Counted from the stretch's first letter, positions 19,283 through 31,738 are shown. The stretch: DNA of 64,000 nucleotides from Trueperaceae bacterium (GCA_965214405.1 OZ243956.1:2496001-2560000); one strand, 5' to 3'. The notes: generated by a model from the letters alone, not told the origin. Made by a program: numbers and translations.

Positions 19283-20338
19283 TCACTGGCTCCGCGGGTC
19301 GAGCACGTCCCGGTAGGCGTCACCCAAGAGGTTCCAGGCCATCACGAACAAGACGATAATCAACCCCGGCCAGAAGGACACGAACCAGTAAGCCCAGGGG
19401 TTGCCGGGCGGACCCAAAATCCAGTTTCGCGCGAAGTTGATCATCTGACCCCAGTCCGCGAAACCGACGGGCGCACCCAGACCGAGAAAGCTCAGCGCCG
19501 CCGCGGAGAGCACCACCGCGCCGATGTCCAGGCTCGCCACAATCACAAGTGAACCAATCGAGTTGGGCAGAACGTGCTTAAAGATGATGCCGGGTCCCCG
19601 CGCGCCCAGCGCCTTGGCGGAGGTGACGTACTCCTGCTCTTTAACCTGCAAAATGTCTCCGCGCAAGATGCGCGCGTATCCGGCCCACTGGATGATGGCG
19701 AGCGAAATCGCCACGTTCACCAGATTTTGGCCCAACACCGTCACGATGACCATTGCGAGGACAAGACCGGGTACCGCAAAAATTACATCGATAAGCCGCA
19801 TGAGCGCGTTGTCAACCCAGCCGCCGACGTAACCGGCGACGCTGCCTACAATAATGCCGACGATCAAGCCAAAACCGACCACCGCCACGCCGATAAAAAA
19901 CGCCGTCCGCGCGCCCCAGATAAGGCCATAGTAGATGTCGTAGCCGCCGCTGGTGGTGCCCAGAAGCGTCTCGCTCGCGCCAGGGCCTTGGGGGACGGGG
20001 GAAAAGCTCGAGCGCGGAATTGTATAGCACGAATAGTACGGCGAACTCGGCACGGGCGCGGCGACCATGAGCTTCCAAAAGGCCGCCTTGGTCGGGTTGT
20101 GGACGTCGCCGACCGTGCTAGCCGAGACCCCTATGTCGCGCAAACAGTTACGGTCGGGTACGGTGAAAAAGGGGGCAAACAGACCCACCAGCAAAAAGCC
20201 GATGAGCAAAAACGCGCCCACCAGCGCGAGCGGATTGCGCCGAAAGCGCTTCATCGTTTTCGAGTTCCACCATTGGTGCAGCGCCCCCACGGGACGCGCC
20301 TGGGGCGCGGCGGCGGGCGTGGTTGTCGGCGTGTCCAT
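19283..20338 (-). CDS. Peptide ABC transporter permease (OppC-like)
   Basis: LLGTTSGGYDIYYGLIWGAR, EYVTSAKALGA, WNLLGDAYRDVLDPR. Confidence 0.9.
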   Translation of the reverse strand: MDTPTTTPAAAPQARPVGALHQWWNSKTMKRFRRNPLALVGAFLLIGFLLVGLFAPFFTVPDRNCLRDIGVSASTVGDVHNPTKAAFWKLMVAAPVPSSPYYSCYTIPRSSFSPVPQGPGASETLLGTTSGGYDIYYGLIWGARTAFFIGVAVVGFGLIVGIIVGSVAGYVGGWVDNALMRLIDVIFAVPGLVLAMVIVTVLGQNLVNVAISLAIIQWAGYARILRGDILQVKEQEYVTSAKALGARGPGIIFKHVLPNSIGSLVIVASLDIGAVVLSAAALSFLGLGAPVGFADWGQMINFARNWILGPPGNPWAYWFVSFWPGLIIVLFVMAWNLLGDAYRDVLDPRSQ

Positions 20339-21363
20339 TAGTCGTACCGTATTCTCGGGTCGATAACCCCGTACATGATGTCCACTAACAAGTTACCGAG
20401 CACCACGATGATGGCCGTAAACACCGCGAAGCCTAAGACCGCCGCGTAGTCCAAGTTGACCGCCGCCTGGGCGGACCACTGCCCCAAACCCGGAAAGTTG
20501 AAAATCGTCTCCGTAATCACCACCCCGTTGATAAGACCGATAATAACAAAACCCGACAGGGTAATCACGGGAATGAGCGCGTTACGGCGCGCGTGTTTGC
20601 GGTTTACGGTGCGCTCCTGCAACCCCTTGGCGCGGGCGGTTCGCACGTAATCTTGACCCAACGAGTCGAGCAGTGACGAGCGCATCACGCGCATGATCTG
20701 CGCGCTCGAGACCACGGCGAGCGTAAAAACGGGCAAGACGAGGTGCTTGAGCGCGTTCCAGAAGATGTCCAAGCGACCGTTTAACAAGGAATCTATGGTC
20801 AACAAGCCCGTATAGCTCCTGAACCCACCCGAGGCGATCTCGACAAGATAATTCGTTGAAATGCGCCCCGGCTCCAAAATGCCAAAGCCGCCGTAAAACA
20901 CTACAAGCAGCCAGATACCGAGCACAAAGGTGGGCAGAGACCAGCCGACGATGGAGATAACCCGCGTCGCCTGGTCTATCAACCTGTCGCGGTTTAGCGC
21001 CGCCGCCGTGCCCAACCAGATGCCCACCCCGATGATGGGCAAAAAGGCGAGCGCGGAAAGCTCGACCGTCGGCGCAAAGCGGTTACGAATGGTGGTCAAA
21101 ACGGGCTCGCTACTGGTGCGCGAATAGCCGAAGTTCCCCTGGGCGACCTGCCCCAACCAGCGACCGTACTGCATATACCAGGGGTCGGTAAGACCGTAGC
21201 GTTCGATAATCGCGTCTAGGTTCCGCGCCTGATTCTCCGTTTGGGCGTAGGCCGCAGCGCGCTGATAAGGGCTCAGTACCTGCATGAGAAGAACGATAAA
21301 TAGGGTAACGCCGAAAAACACCAAGGGCAACAAGAGCAAACGCCTGATGATAAAAGCTAACAA
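20338..21363 (-). CDS. Peptide ABC transporter permease (OppB-like)
   Basis: DYVRTARAKGL...KHARRNAL, DIMYGVIDPRIRYD. Confidence 0.9.
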   Translation of the reverse strand: MLAFIIRRLLLLPLVFFGVTLFIVLLMQVLSPYQRAAAYAQTENQARNLDAIIERYGLTDPWYMQYGRWLGQVAQGNFGYSRTSSEPVLTTIRNRFAPTVELSALAFLPIIGVGIWLGTAAALNRDRLIDQATRVISIVGWSLPTFVLGIWLLVVFYGGFGILEPGRISTNYLVEIASGGFRSYTGLLTIDSLLNGRLDIFWNALKHLVLPVFTLAVVSSAQIMRVMRSSLLDSLGQDYVRTARAKGLQERTVNRKHARRNALIPVITLSGFVIIGLINGVVITETIFNFPGLGQWSAQAAVNLDYAAVLGFAVFTAIIVVLGNLLVDIMYGVIDPRIRYD

Positions 21364-21450
21364 AAGAAAACCCCCTTAAAGGCAAATCAGCCTTACGCTT
21401 TACACCCGCTCCGTTATGAGCGCCGGAGGCGATGAAAACCTTTGCAAAAT

Positions 21451-21480
21451 GAGAAAGAGGGGCGGCTTGCACCGCCCCTC
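21451..21480 (-). terminator. Hairpin/terminator after the SBP gene
   Basis: Minus strand gaggggcgg tgcaag ccgcccctc tttctc. Confidence 0.65.
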
Positions 21481-21492
21481 AGCGTAAAACGC

Positions 21493-23265
21493 TTAGTTCT
21501 TGGAGATGTCTTTCAAGAGGTACTGCATCGCAACACTCAGCATCGGGTTGTAGTAAACACCCTCTAGATCGTCGCGCACGACCAGGAAGGGCGTTTGCTC
21601 GGGAATCACGATGAGCGGCGCCAGCTCATAGTGCAACTCGCCAATCTGGTTGTAGAGTTCGGCGCGCGCGTCTTGGTCGGTTGTCGAATTGGCCTCGTTG
21701 ATGAGCGTTTGCATCTGAGGCTCATTGATGGCGGTGCGCGCCGAGTAGAAGCCCGTGTCCGAGTAGAAGGTGTCAATAAAGTTTTTCGGGTCGGCGTAGT
21801 CCGCGCCCCAGCCGAGCGCGAACATGGGCGCTTTTTTCTCGCCCGTCCGGGCTAAGTAGTCAGCCCAGGGCAGGCCGCGGACGTTCATGCGGAAGTTGGG
21901 GTTCAAGAAGGAGAGGTTCTCGGCCATAATCTGGAGCGCCGTCTGGCGCACGGTGTTGCCTTCGTTGTAGAGTGCCGTAAACTCGAAGCCCTCGTCCCAC
22001 AACTGGCCGCCAAAGGCTTCGCGGAAGTATTGCTCGGCCTGCTCTAAGTCGAGCGTGCGGACGGAAATGTCCGGGTCGTAGCCAAAGAACGAACGTGGCA
22101 TCCCCATCGTAACAACCGTTCCCTCGCCGCCGTAGATTTGCTCAATAAAGGCCTGCTGGTCGAAAAGCTCGGCAAAGCCGCGGCGCACGTCCGGGTCGGC
22201 GAAGAAGTCACTCGGGATACCGCAGCCGAGTTCACCGCAACCCACGTCTTCGTTGTTTGAGGTGTCAATGTTGTAGTTAAAGAAGGCGATGGTGTTACTC
22301 GCTGGGCTCCAGGCGGGGTCTTCTAAGATTTCTACGCCGGGTGCGCCCTCGAGCTGAACAAGCGCCGAACGTTCATTGATGGTAATGGCGTCCGCGTCAC
22401 CTTGTTGAATCGCCAGGATGCGGCTCGACTGCTCCTCGACGTACTGGAATACGGCGTTCTGAGGCGCGGTGATCGCTTCGGGCGCTAGGTCGGCCCAGCC
22501 CCAGTAGTCGTCAAAACGCTGGAGGATGGTCTGCTGGTCGTTCGACTCGACGAGCCTGTAGGGACCCGTGCCGCTGGGGTTTTCGTCCAAAAACTCCTGC
22601 GTGACGTCGCGGCCGATCCACTCCGTCCAGGTCGCCTCGGTGCCGTCCCACATGCCGTTCTCTATGGCATACTCGCTGTCGATGACGCTGAAGGCCGTGT
22701 AGGCCTGAATGGCGATAAAGGCGGGCTCGGCTTGTTGCAAGTTGAACTGCACCATCATGCCGTCGGGGCCATCGGGGCACTCGACCGCGCTGTCGATGGT
22801 CTCGAACGAAACGGCCTCTTGGTAGGCGGCGGGGTCGCTGCCGTCCGCTTCGTGCTGGCCCAGGAGCGCGTCACCCATAAGGTAGACGTTCGCGCCTTCG
22901 GGGTTGGCGTTGACGAAGCCGTACTGGTAGGAATACTCGACGTCCTTACAGCTCACCGTGTTGCCGCTGTGGAAGGGCACGTTCTCGCGCAGGGTAAAGG
23001 TGTAGGTCATGCCGTCATCGGACACGGTGTAGTCGGTTGCGAGCAGCGGGACAAACTCGTCAATCGCCTCGCCATCGTAGGTATAAAGGGTCTCGTAGAC
23101 GTTTTGCAGCACCAGACCCGAGGCCGAGTCGTAAGCCCGGACCGGATCCAGGGAAACGGGGCCGCCCGGCAACGTTTGCAGAACAAACGTATCTTCCGGT
23201 GCTTGCGCAAAGGCAAGCCCCCCGATGATGCCGAGCGTCAAAAATAACGATAGAACTCTTTTCAT
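21493..23265 (-). CDS. Peptide ABC transporter substrate-binding protein (family 5)
   Basis: Start MKRVLS after AAGGAGG; SLDP, YTFTLRENVPFHSG, GTGPY, GWGADYADP. Confidence 0.9.
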   Translation of the reverse strand: MKRVLSLFLTLGIIGGLAFAQAPEDTFVLQTLPGGPVSLDPVRAYDSASGLVLQNVYETLYTYDGEAIDEFVPLLATDYTVSDDGMTYTFTLRENVPFHSGNTVSCKDVEYSYQYGFVNANPEGANVYLMGDALLGQHEADGSDPAAYQEAVSFETIDSAVECPDGPDGMMVQFNLQQAEPAFIAIQAYTAFSVIDSEYAIENGMWDGTEATWTEWIGRDVTQEFLDENPSGTGPYRLVESNDQQTILQRFDDYWGWADLAPEAITAPQNAVFQYVEEQSSRILAIQQGDADAITINERSALVQLEGAPGVEILEDPAWSPASNTIAFFNYNIDTSNNEDVGCGELGCGIPSDFFADPDVRRGFAELFDQQAFIEQIYGGEGTVVTMGMPRSFFGYDPDISVRTLDLEQAEQYFREAFGGQLWDEGFEFTALYNEGNTVRQTALQIMAENLSFLNPNFRMNVRGLPWADYLARTGEKKAPMFALGWGADYADPKNFIDTFYSDTGFYSARTAINEPQMQTLINEANSTTDQDARAELYNQIGELHYELAPLIVIPEQTPFLVVRDDLEGVYYNPMLSVAMQYLLKDISKN

Positions 23266-23363
23266 GTTCCTCCTTAAATGAATACAAATGAACGTTTTGG
23301 TCGTTAGCGAGCTACACCGAGTTAGGACCAACCCAAACGGATTCCTCCTCTAGAAAATTTAGT

Positions 23364-23380
23364 GAGTGCAGTCTGCACTC
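23364..23380. promoter_or_regulatory. Perfect 8-1-8 palindrome, candidate operator
   Basis: gagtgcag-t-ctgcactc in the divergent intergenic region. Confidence 0.4.
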
Positions 23381-23507
23381 GAGTCGCTTCCCCATCATCA
23401 TAACCCATCGTGTGTAAAAGTAAACAAAACGAGATAAGGACGTCTTCATTTATGAGAGCGGGTGGTAGGTCATTCACAAGAGAATCGGCTGGGGTAAACT
23501 GGCTCCC

Positions 23508-24116
23508 ATGCGACGCTCTTTTCTTTTCACCCTCTTTATATCCAGCCTCCTAAGCGGCTGCGCGGGGCGCGGGGACTCGCTCGAGCCCCTGATTACCATT
23601 ACCGACCCGCGTAGCGGCACCGTCCGCACCGCCGACGGCCTCACCATCAGGGGTTACGCCTACGACGATGAGGGTATCCGGGCCATTCGCGTGGACGGCA
23701 CCGACCTGCTCTCTTACGACGCGTACGCGGGCGAGCGGAACAAAAAGCTCGTCCAGTTCGAGTTTAGACCCAGGGAGGTCGCGGAAGGGCGCTGGGCCTC
23801 GACGATTGTCGTTGAAGACGTGACAGGTCAGACGACCACGCTGCCCTATCCGCTGCAAATCGACCTGACCGCGCCGACCTTGACGCTCGAGCCCCTAACG
23901 CGTTTGCAAGACGGGCGCTTACAGGTCTCGGGCACCGCCAGAGACAACTACCGGCTAAGGAGCGTTATCGTCAACGACACGTCCTTTCCCACCGAGGCGG
24001 TGGACGAGAAACTTTTTTCTTATACGGTAGACGCGAATTCCCTCACGGGCGGGGCGGTCACCGTCGTCGCCGAGGACGAGGCGGGCAACAGGACGAGCGA
24101 AAGCCTCACGCCCTGA
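23508..24116 (+). CDS. Lipoprotein with two Ig-like domains
   Basis: LSGC lipobox; repeated G.A.D motifs, D..GN. Confidence 0.7.
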   Translation: MRRSFLFTLFISSLLSGCAGRGDSLEPLITITDPRSGTVRTADGLTIRGYAYDDEGIRAIRVDGTDLLSYDAYAGERNKKLVQFEFRPREVAEGRWASTIVVEDVTGQTTTLPYPLQIDLTAPTLTLEPLTRLQDGRLQVSGTARDNYRLRSVIVNDTSFPTEAVDEKLFSYTVDANSLTGGAVTVVAEDEAGNRTSESLTP

Positions 24117-24163
24117 TGCGGCTCACTTTGCTAAAGACTCAGTCAATACGGTTGAGGTGCTAG

Positions 24164-25636
24164 GTGGCTGCTCGAGCAGCCACAGGACGCGTTGGAAATT
24201 CTGAGGGTATAGACCCTCGAGCGCTCATTACTCCCAATTTCATCACCACCGACGAGGTGCTGGCAGGACTGCCGGGGGCCACGGAACTCGAGGCGCGCCA
24301 CGGCAACGGCGATCTAATTCGCGCGCTTGACATCCTGGGCATCGCGGGTCCCTTCGAAGTCACAAGTCCCTGGGAGTTAGAGGACGAAACGGGCCGTCAC
24401 CTCATCAACGCGGGCGGCTACGCGGCGCTCCCCTTTGGCGAGATGTACCCGCCTTTGGTGGACTTTACAAGGCGCTACCTGAGTGAAAACAGCGCCATGA
24501 GCCTGCCGCAGCAGTCCGCCTCGGCGTGGCGGGCGGCTTTGGAAACCAACCTGGTGTCGCTTCTAGCCCAGGAAGCGCCCAGCCACGTGGACTCACAAGT
24601 TTTTTTCTCCAATAGCGGGGCCGAGGCGGTCGAGGCGGCCCTCAAGTTTGCCAAGGCGGCGCGGCCCGGCGCAACCTACCTCATCAACTTCACAAGGAGC
24701 TATCACGGCAAAACTGCGGGCGCGCTAAGTCTGACGCCCAACGAGGAATATCAGGCGCTCTTTCGCCCCCTGTTGCCCAACGTGGTGACGCTGCCCTACG
24801 GTGACGCCGGGAGGCTGACGAACACGGTGCGAGATTTGGGTGCCGACAAAGTGGTGGCGGTCGTGCTCGAGCCCATTCAGGGTGAAGGCGGCGTCATCCA
24901 CCCCCCAACCGACTTTTTGCCCGCCGTCAACCGCCTCCGCGAGAGCGGCGTGCTCGTGATCGCCGATGAAATCCAGACCGGGTTGGGGCGCAGCGGCCAC
25001 CTATTCGCCTCACTACCGGGTGGTTTAGAGCCCGACATCATCACGCTCGCCAAACCCTTGGGGGGCGGCTTGGTGCCGGTGGGCGCGACGATCGCGCGCA
25101 AGTGGATTGCCAAAAAGATGCTGGGCGGCGTCGAGAGCAAACGCCACTCAAACACCTTTGGCGGCGGCTCGCTGGCGATGGCGGTGGGGTTGAAGTCACT
25201 TGAAATCATTGTTCAAGAAGGTTTGGTCGAGCGCTCGAGAAAGCTAGGGCAGGAGGGGCTGGCGCGGCTCGAGCGAATAAGAGCGGCCCACCCGGATTTT
25301 TTGAGCGAGGTGCGCGGCGCAGGTCTACTTTTCGCACTCCAGCTTCAACCCCTGGTGCCACCGGGACTACTCGGTGCCAAAGCCGAACTCGCGCAGCAGC
25401 TCGGCAGCGGTCTCGCGCTCCGGGCGCTCCACGAGGCGGGGGTTCACGCGTGCTATACGCTTAACTCGAGCCGCACAGTCCGCTTGACCCCAGCGCTGAA
25501 CATGCCCGAACCCCTTCTTGAAGAGATGCTGACGCGAGTCGAGGGGGCCGCGGCGGCGCACCGCAAGGCCTGGAAGCTCCTGACCAACACGCCCCCCTCG
25601 GTTCTCATCAAGCTGACGAAACTCGCGCTGGGCTAG
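24164..25636 (+). CDS. Class III PLP aminotransferase (putrescine/ornithine aminotransferase-like)
   Basis: [46 protein letters not shown]. Confidence 0.9.
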   Translation: MAARAATGRVGNSEGIDPRALITPNFITTDEVLAGLPGATELEARHGNGDLIRALDILGIAGPFEVTSPWELEDETGRHLINAGGYAALPFGEMYPPLVDFTRRYLSENSAMSLPQQSASAWRAALETNLVSLLAQEAPSHVDSQVFFSNSGAEAVEAALKFAKAARPGATYLINFTRSYHGKTAGALSLTPNEEYQALFRPLLPNVVTLPYGDAGRLTNTVRDLGADKVVAVVLEPIQGEGGVIHPPTDFLPAVNRLRESGVLVIADEIQTGLGRSGHLFASLPGGLEPDIITLAKPLGGGLVPVGATIARKWIAKKMLGGVESKRHSNTFGGGSLAMAVGLKSLEIIVQEGLVERSRKLGQEGLARLERIRAAHPDFLSEVRGAGLLFALQLQPLVPPGLLGAKAELAQQLGSGLALRALHEAGVHACYTLNSSRTVRLTPALNMPEPLLEEMLTRVEGAAAAHRKAWKLLTNTPPSVLIKLTKLALG

Positions 25637-25671
25637 CTTCAGTCCGGCGTCACGCTGGGTGAACGTTCGGC

Positions 25672-26127
25672 CTAAGAACACCTGATCGTAAGCGGAAGCG
25701 TGTTGATAAAGGGGAAAAATCTTTGTCCGTTATTGGTGGCAACGGCGATGTTTGAAAGCGTCGGGTCAACGAAGAAGCCGTTTTCATCTTCTTTAAGCCT
25801 ATTTTCCATACACGTCGCGCGGAAGGACACAAAAGCAAGGCCACCTGGCGCGAGCGTCCCCTTTTCGCCAAGAGTAACCTCGACATCGGGCGTTTCAAAC
25901 ACGTCGGCGAGGTAGGTCAACTCCTCATCCCCATTGTTAAATATGATGAAGAACCCGTCGGTAGAACGACCTATGGACGTTGACACTTCTAAACTGCCCG
26001 GAAAGAATGTTACGTCGCTGTTCGCGCTCTGTGTTGTCAGGTCCGCTGGCTCTTCAACCGTCCCACATGCGGCAAGCACAAAACCAAGTAACGCCAAACC
26101 TACCCACTGCCAATACGACCTTTTCAT
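25672..26127 (-). CDS. Hypothetical lipoprotein
   Basis: MKRSYW...VLAAC lipobox; beta-rich body. Confidence 0.6.
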   Translation of the reverse strand: MKRSYWQWVGLALLGFVLAACGTVEEPADLTTQSANSDVTFFPGSLEVSTSIGRSTDGFFIIFNNGDEELTYLADVFETPDVEVTLGEKGTLAPGGLAFVSFRATCMENRLKEDENGFFVDPTLSNIAVATNNGQRFFPFINTLPLTIRCS

Positions 26128-26373
26128 ACGTGTGTTCCCCTTTCGGCTGAGTCGGAGAGGAAGCGCCACGTATGGCTGGATGGGTCCCAGCGCCGCAGCT
26201 TGGCAGGACGTTCGCTCAGTACCCGATAAACTTATCAGTTAGGAGATGTGAAAGGTGAGTTTTGTAACTACGGCTATAGGGTGGGGTCAGGTGAAGGGCG
26301 CTCGAGGAGCAAATCATTAAATCAACCGGGTGAAGCGGTCATCATACAATTTACAGCCAGGCATATAACCAAT

Positions 26374-26399
26374 AAAAAAGGCACCCCGAGGGGTACCTT
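26374..26399 (-). terminator. Terminator of the 16S transcript
   Basis: Minus strand aaggtacc cctcgg ggtgcctt tttt, about 50 nt after the 16S 3' end. Confidence 0.7.
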
Positions 26400-26444
26400 A
26401 GCAAACCAATAACCCAGATATTTGCGTCCTGTGTAAAGACTCCT

Positions 26445-27957
<1,513 letters not shown>

Positions 27958-28161
27958 AAGAATTCAGAGGTATTATCTATGATTCACTCATAGATGTTCC
28001 TGTGAATTCGGAGTTTAAGAGTCGAAAGACTCGTACTAGATTTATGGCTCTAGTAAACCTTTTTTGTGATTCATGGAATCTACAGGTTTCGCAATATCTG
28101 GGTTTTCATGGTTCGCCGCGCTTTGCTTTTGCCCCTTGGGGCTTTCTCAAGCGCAAGAGTT

Positions 28162-28191
28162 ATAATACACATAAAGACCGGGGCGTGTCAA
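28162..28191 (-). promoter_or_regulatory. Sigma70-type rRNA promoter
   Basis: Minus strand TTGACA-N18-TATTAT with extended TG. Confidence 0.75.
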
Positions 28192-28394
28192 CCCCCATCT
28201 GACATTCGTTTTCGATACCGCAGGTTTTCCTTAGCCAGAAACCGTGTTTTTATGTCAGAGACGCATTTTCTTATTTGGGATAAGCTCGAGCCCTTCCCAA
28301 CAATCGCCTCTTCACCCTTCAAACTTCGGCGTCCGCCGCGTCTTGTGCTCCCCTCACTGTGGTGGACCGGGGGTATAAGCGGTAGGCTTGGAGC

Positions 28395-29147
28395 ATGACT
28401 CGAGACGACCTCACAAATTGGCTAGATAACTATTTGGACATTGGCGCGTATGACGACCCCTCGCTTAATGGCTTACAGGTCGAGGGTGCGGGGGAGGTGC
28501 GGAAGGTGGTGGTGGCGGTGGACTCGAGCCTCAACACCTTTGAACAGGCCGCCGAGGGTGGCGCGGACATGCTCATTGTGCACCACGGCCTCTTTTGGGG
28601 CGCGCCGAAGGCGATCAGGGGAATGCACAAGCGGCGGGTGCAGTATCTGCTGGAGAGAAACATCAGCCTCTACGCGGCGCATATCCCGCTCGACGCGCAT
28701 AAAGAGGTGGGCAACAACTGGGGCTTGGCGCGCGCGTTGGGGATGGACGCGCTTGCCGACTTTGGCACCTGGAAGGGTAAGCCCATCGGCGTCAAGGGAA
28801 GATTCCCCAACTCCATGAGCCTGAGAGAGTTGGCCGACTTGGTTGAGAAAGAGCTGGGTGAGGCGGTGCTGGTCCACGCCGGGGGTGACTTGGAAGTAGC
28901 GACGCTGGGCATCATTTCGGGCGGCGCGGCCTGGGACGTAGTGACGGCGGCGGACGAGGGGCTGGACGCCTTTTTAACGGGCGAACCCAAACACGAGGTT
29001 TTCTACGAAGCGTTCGAGCGCGGCATCAATGCCCTCTACGCAGGCCACTACATGACCGAGACGGTGGGCGTCAATCTACTTGCGGAAAAGTTGCAGCGCG
29101 AGTTTGGTTTGGCGACTGAGTTTGTTTTGCTGCCGACAGGGCTATAA
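28395..29147 (+). CDS. Nif3-like dinuclear metal center protein
   Basis: NGLQVEG, VHHGLFW, HIPLDAH, GHYMTE. Confidence 0.92.
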   Translation: MTRDDLTNWLDNYLDIGAYDDPSLNGLQVEGAGEVRKVVVAVDSSLNTFEQAAEGGADMLIVHHGLFWGAPKAIRGMHKRRVQYLLERNISLYAAHIPLDAHKEVGNNWGLARALGMDALADFGTWKGKPIGVKGRFPNSMSLRELADLVEKELGEAVLVHAGGDLEVATLGIISGGAAWDVVTAADEGLDAFLTGEPKHEVFYEAFERGINALYAGHYMTETVGVNLLAEKLQREFGLATEFVLLPTGL

Positions 29148-29157
29148 AGGCGGGACT

Positions 29158-29823
29158 GTGAAGGCCAAGGAGTCAGCGTCTCCAGGTTTCTTTATCGCCT
29201 TTGAAGGACCCGAGGGCGCGGGCAAAACGACGCAGATTCGGCGTCTTAGGGAAAGACTGACGGCGTGTGGCAAAACCCCCCTCGTCACCAGGGAGCCGGG
29301 GGGCACGCCCGCGGCGGACGCGATCAGGCGGGTGGTGCTCGAGCCCACCTTCACCATAGGCCCGCTCGCGGAGTTTTTGCTCTACTCGGCAAGCCGGGCG
29401 CAGCACGTGGACGAGGTAATTAAACCCGCCTTGCAGCGCGGCGACCTCGTCATTAGCGACCGCTTTGCGGGGGCCTCGGTGGCGTACCAGGGGCACGGGC
29501 GGGGGCTCGAGCTTTCCTTTATTACAACCCTGAACGAACGCGTGACAGGGGGCGTCCGCCCAGACCTCACGCTGCTGCTCGATTTGGAACCCGCAGCGGG
29601 CCTCTCGCGCGTGGCGGGGCGCGGGCAAAAGGACAGGCTCGAGCGCGCCGACCTCTCTTTTCACCGCCGCGTGCGGCAAGGTTTTTTGGCGCAGGCGCGT
29701 GCGGACGCGCGTTGGGTGGTGCTGGACGCTTCTGTGGATGAGGCCGCGCTCGCCGAGGGAGTGTGGGCGGTGGTTGAGGAGAGGCTGAATATGAAGCGGG
29801 GCGAGGGGCTACCTCAAAGCTAA
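29158..29823 (+). CDS. tmk: Thymidylate kinase
   Basis: FEGPEGAGKTTQ, TREPGGT, SDRF..SVAYQG, PDLTLLLD. Confidence 0.95.
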   Translation: MKAKESASPGFFIAFEGPEGAGKTTQIRRLRERLTACGKTPLVTREPGGTPAADAIRRVVLEPTFTIGPLAEFLLYSASRAQHVDEVIKPALQRGDLVISDRFAGASVAYQGHGRGLELSFITTLNERVTGGVRPDLTLLLDLEPAAGLSRVAGRGQKDRLERADLSFHRRVRQGFLAQARADARWVVLDASVDEAALAEGVWAVVEERLNMKRGEGLPQS

Positions 29824-29885
29824 AGCTTTTACAAGGTCGGCATCTCTACAAACCAAGGAAGGTTCTTACGAAAAGGAGTCACGGT

Positions 29886-30842
29886 ATGATTGAGGAGATA
29901 TTGAGAGCCGCTGAACGCCTTCGAGGTCAGGCGCACGTCACCCCCGTCATCACTTCGGACACCCTCAACAGAAGGTTGGGAACCGAAGTTTTCTTCAAGT
30001 GCGAGAACCAGCAGAAAGTAGGCGCGTTTAAGTTTAGGGGCGCATACAACGCCATCTCTCAACTTTCCCAAGACGAGTTGGCTAGGGGCGTTATTACCTA
30101 TTCTTCGGGCAACCACGCCCAGGCCGTTGCCAGGGTAGGGCGCGATTTGGGTGTGGAGACGGTTATCGTGATGCCAGAAAACGCGCCTACCGCGAAGCGG
30201 GCAGCCACAGAAGGGTACGGCGCAGAAGTCGTACTTTATGACCCTGAAACGGCGACTCGAGAAGCCGTAGCCAACACCCTTTTGGAGGAGCACGGCTACA
30301 CCCTCATCCCGCCCTTCAATCACCTTCAGGTCATTGCGGGACAAGGAACAGCGGCGCTCGAGCTTCTCAACGAAGTCAACTTAGACATGCTCCTCGTACC
30401 CTGTGGTGGCGGCGGCCTCCTCAGCGGTTCGGCGGTTGCCGCCAAACACCTTGATCCGGCTTGCAAGGTCGTCGGTATTGAACCCGAACTCGGGGACGAC
30501 GCGACGCGCTCGTTTCGCAGCGGCACCCTTCAGAGCGTCAAGAACCCTCCCACCATTGCCGACGGCACCCGCACCGCCTCGCTCGGCTCGCTCACCTTTC
30601 CGCTCATTCTGGAGTATGTGGACGACATGCAGACGGTCTCGGAGGCGGCCATTATGAAGGCTGTAGAATTCCTCTTCTACCGTATGAAACAAGTGGTCGA
30701 ACCTTCGGGAGCGCTCGGCCTCGCCGCACTTTTGAGTGGCGCTGTGAAGGCCAAAGGGCGCGTGGGCGTGGTGCTGAGCGGCGGGAACGTTGACGCGGGC
30801 ACGATGAACGACGTTTTAACGGCTGCCGCGCTTGCACCTTAA
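29886..30842 (+). CDS. PLP-dependent serine/threonine dehydratase family (threo-3-hydroxyaspartate ammonia-lyase-like)
   Basis: KCENQQKVGAFKFRGA, SSGNHAQ, GGGGLLSG, VEPSGA, LSGGN. Confidence 0.88.
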   Translation: MIEEILRAAERLRGQAHVTPVITSDTLNRRLGTEVFFKCENQQKVGAFKFRGAYNAISQLSQDELARGVITYSSGNHAQAVARVGRDLGVETVIVMPENAPTAKRAATEGYGAEVVLYDPETATREAVANTLLEEHGYTLIPPFNHLQVIAGQGTAALELLNEVNLDMLLVPCGGGGLLSGSAVAAKHLDPACKVVGIEPELGDDATRSFRSGTLQSVKNPPTIADGTRTASLGSLTFPLILEYVDDMQTVSEAAIMKAVEFLFYRMKQVVEPSGALGLAALLSGAVKAKGRVGVVLSGGNVDAGTMNDVLTAAALAP

Positions 30843-30924
30843 ACTCGCTACAGCAGGCTTCGCGTCTACAGCGCCCCAAGAACTTCTCCTACGCGCCTCA
30901 TTTCCCAACTGCTATTATCCAAGG

Positions 30925-31698
30925 GTGTCCATCTCGAGAAGAATCCTCTACGGCCTCCTCCTGTCCGTCCTCAGCTTGGGCGGCTGTCAGCGGGCGGTTA
31001 CGACGCTCGAGCCACAGGTGCTCGAGACTTATCCGCACGACAGCGACGCGTTCACGCAGGGGCTTCTTTTTTATAACGGTTACTTTTACGAGAGCACGGG
31101 GATTCGGGGCCGCTCCTCACTGCGCGAGGTTATTCCCGAAACAGGGGAGGTGCTGCGCGCGTTGCCTTTGCCCGACAGGTACTTTGGCGAGGGACTGGCG
31201 CGCGTTGACGATAAACTCATCCAGATTACTTGGCAGAGCGAAACGGCCTTTGTGTACGATTTGGCAACGTTCAACGCCGTGGGCGACTTTTCTTACGCGG
31301 GCGAGGGTTGGGGGATTTGCTACGACGGGGTGAACCTTTACATGAGCAACGGCAGCGCGACGCTTACTGTGCGCGACCCCACAACTTTTGAGGCGATTCG
31401 GGAAATCAGCGTGACGCAGGGCGGCACGCCGGTGACGGAGCTTAACGAGCTCGAGTGCGTCGACAACGACATCTACGCCAACGTCTGGCGCACCAACCGC
31501 ATCGTCAGAATTGACAAAGAAGATGGACACGTCGTCGCCGACATCGACGCCTCCGGGCTGCTCTCAGCCGAGGAGCGGGGGAGCCTCGAGCCCAACGCGG
31601 TGCTCAACGGCATTGCTTACGACCCCGATGACGATACCTTCTTTATCACCGGCAAACTCTGGCCCAAGGTATTTAAGGTACGTTTTGTTGACCAGTAG
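30925..31698 (+). CDS. Glutaminyl-peptide cyclotransferase (lipoprotein)
   Basis: PHD..AFTQGL, YESTG, FGEGL, GEGWG, LNELE, VLNGIAY, TGKLWP. Confidence 0.93.
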   Translation: MSISRRILYGLLLSVLSLGGCQRAVTTLEPQVLETYPHDSDAFTQGLLFYNGYFYESTGIRGRSSLREVIPETGEVLRALPLPDRYFGEGLARVDDKLIQITWQSETAFVYDLATFNAVGDFSYAGEGWGICYDGVNLYMSNGSATLTVRDPTTFEAIREISVTQGGTPVTELNELECVDNDIYANVWRTNRIVRIDKEDGHVVADIDASGLLSAEERGSLEPNAVLNGIAYDPDDDTFFITGKLWPKVFKVRFVDQ

Positions 31699-31738
31699 CA
31701 TGTAAAAAACATGCCTCGCACGCGCTAATGGAATGGGG

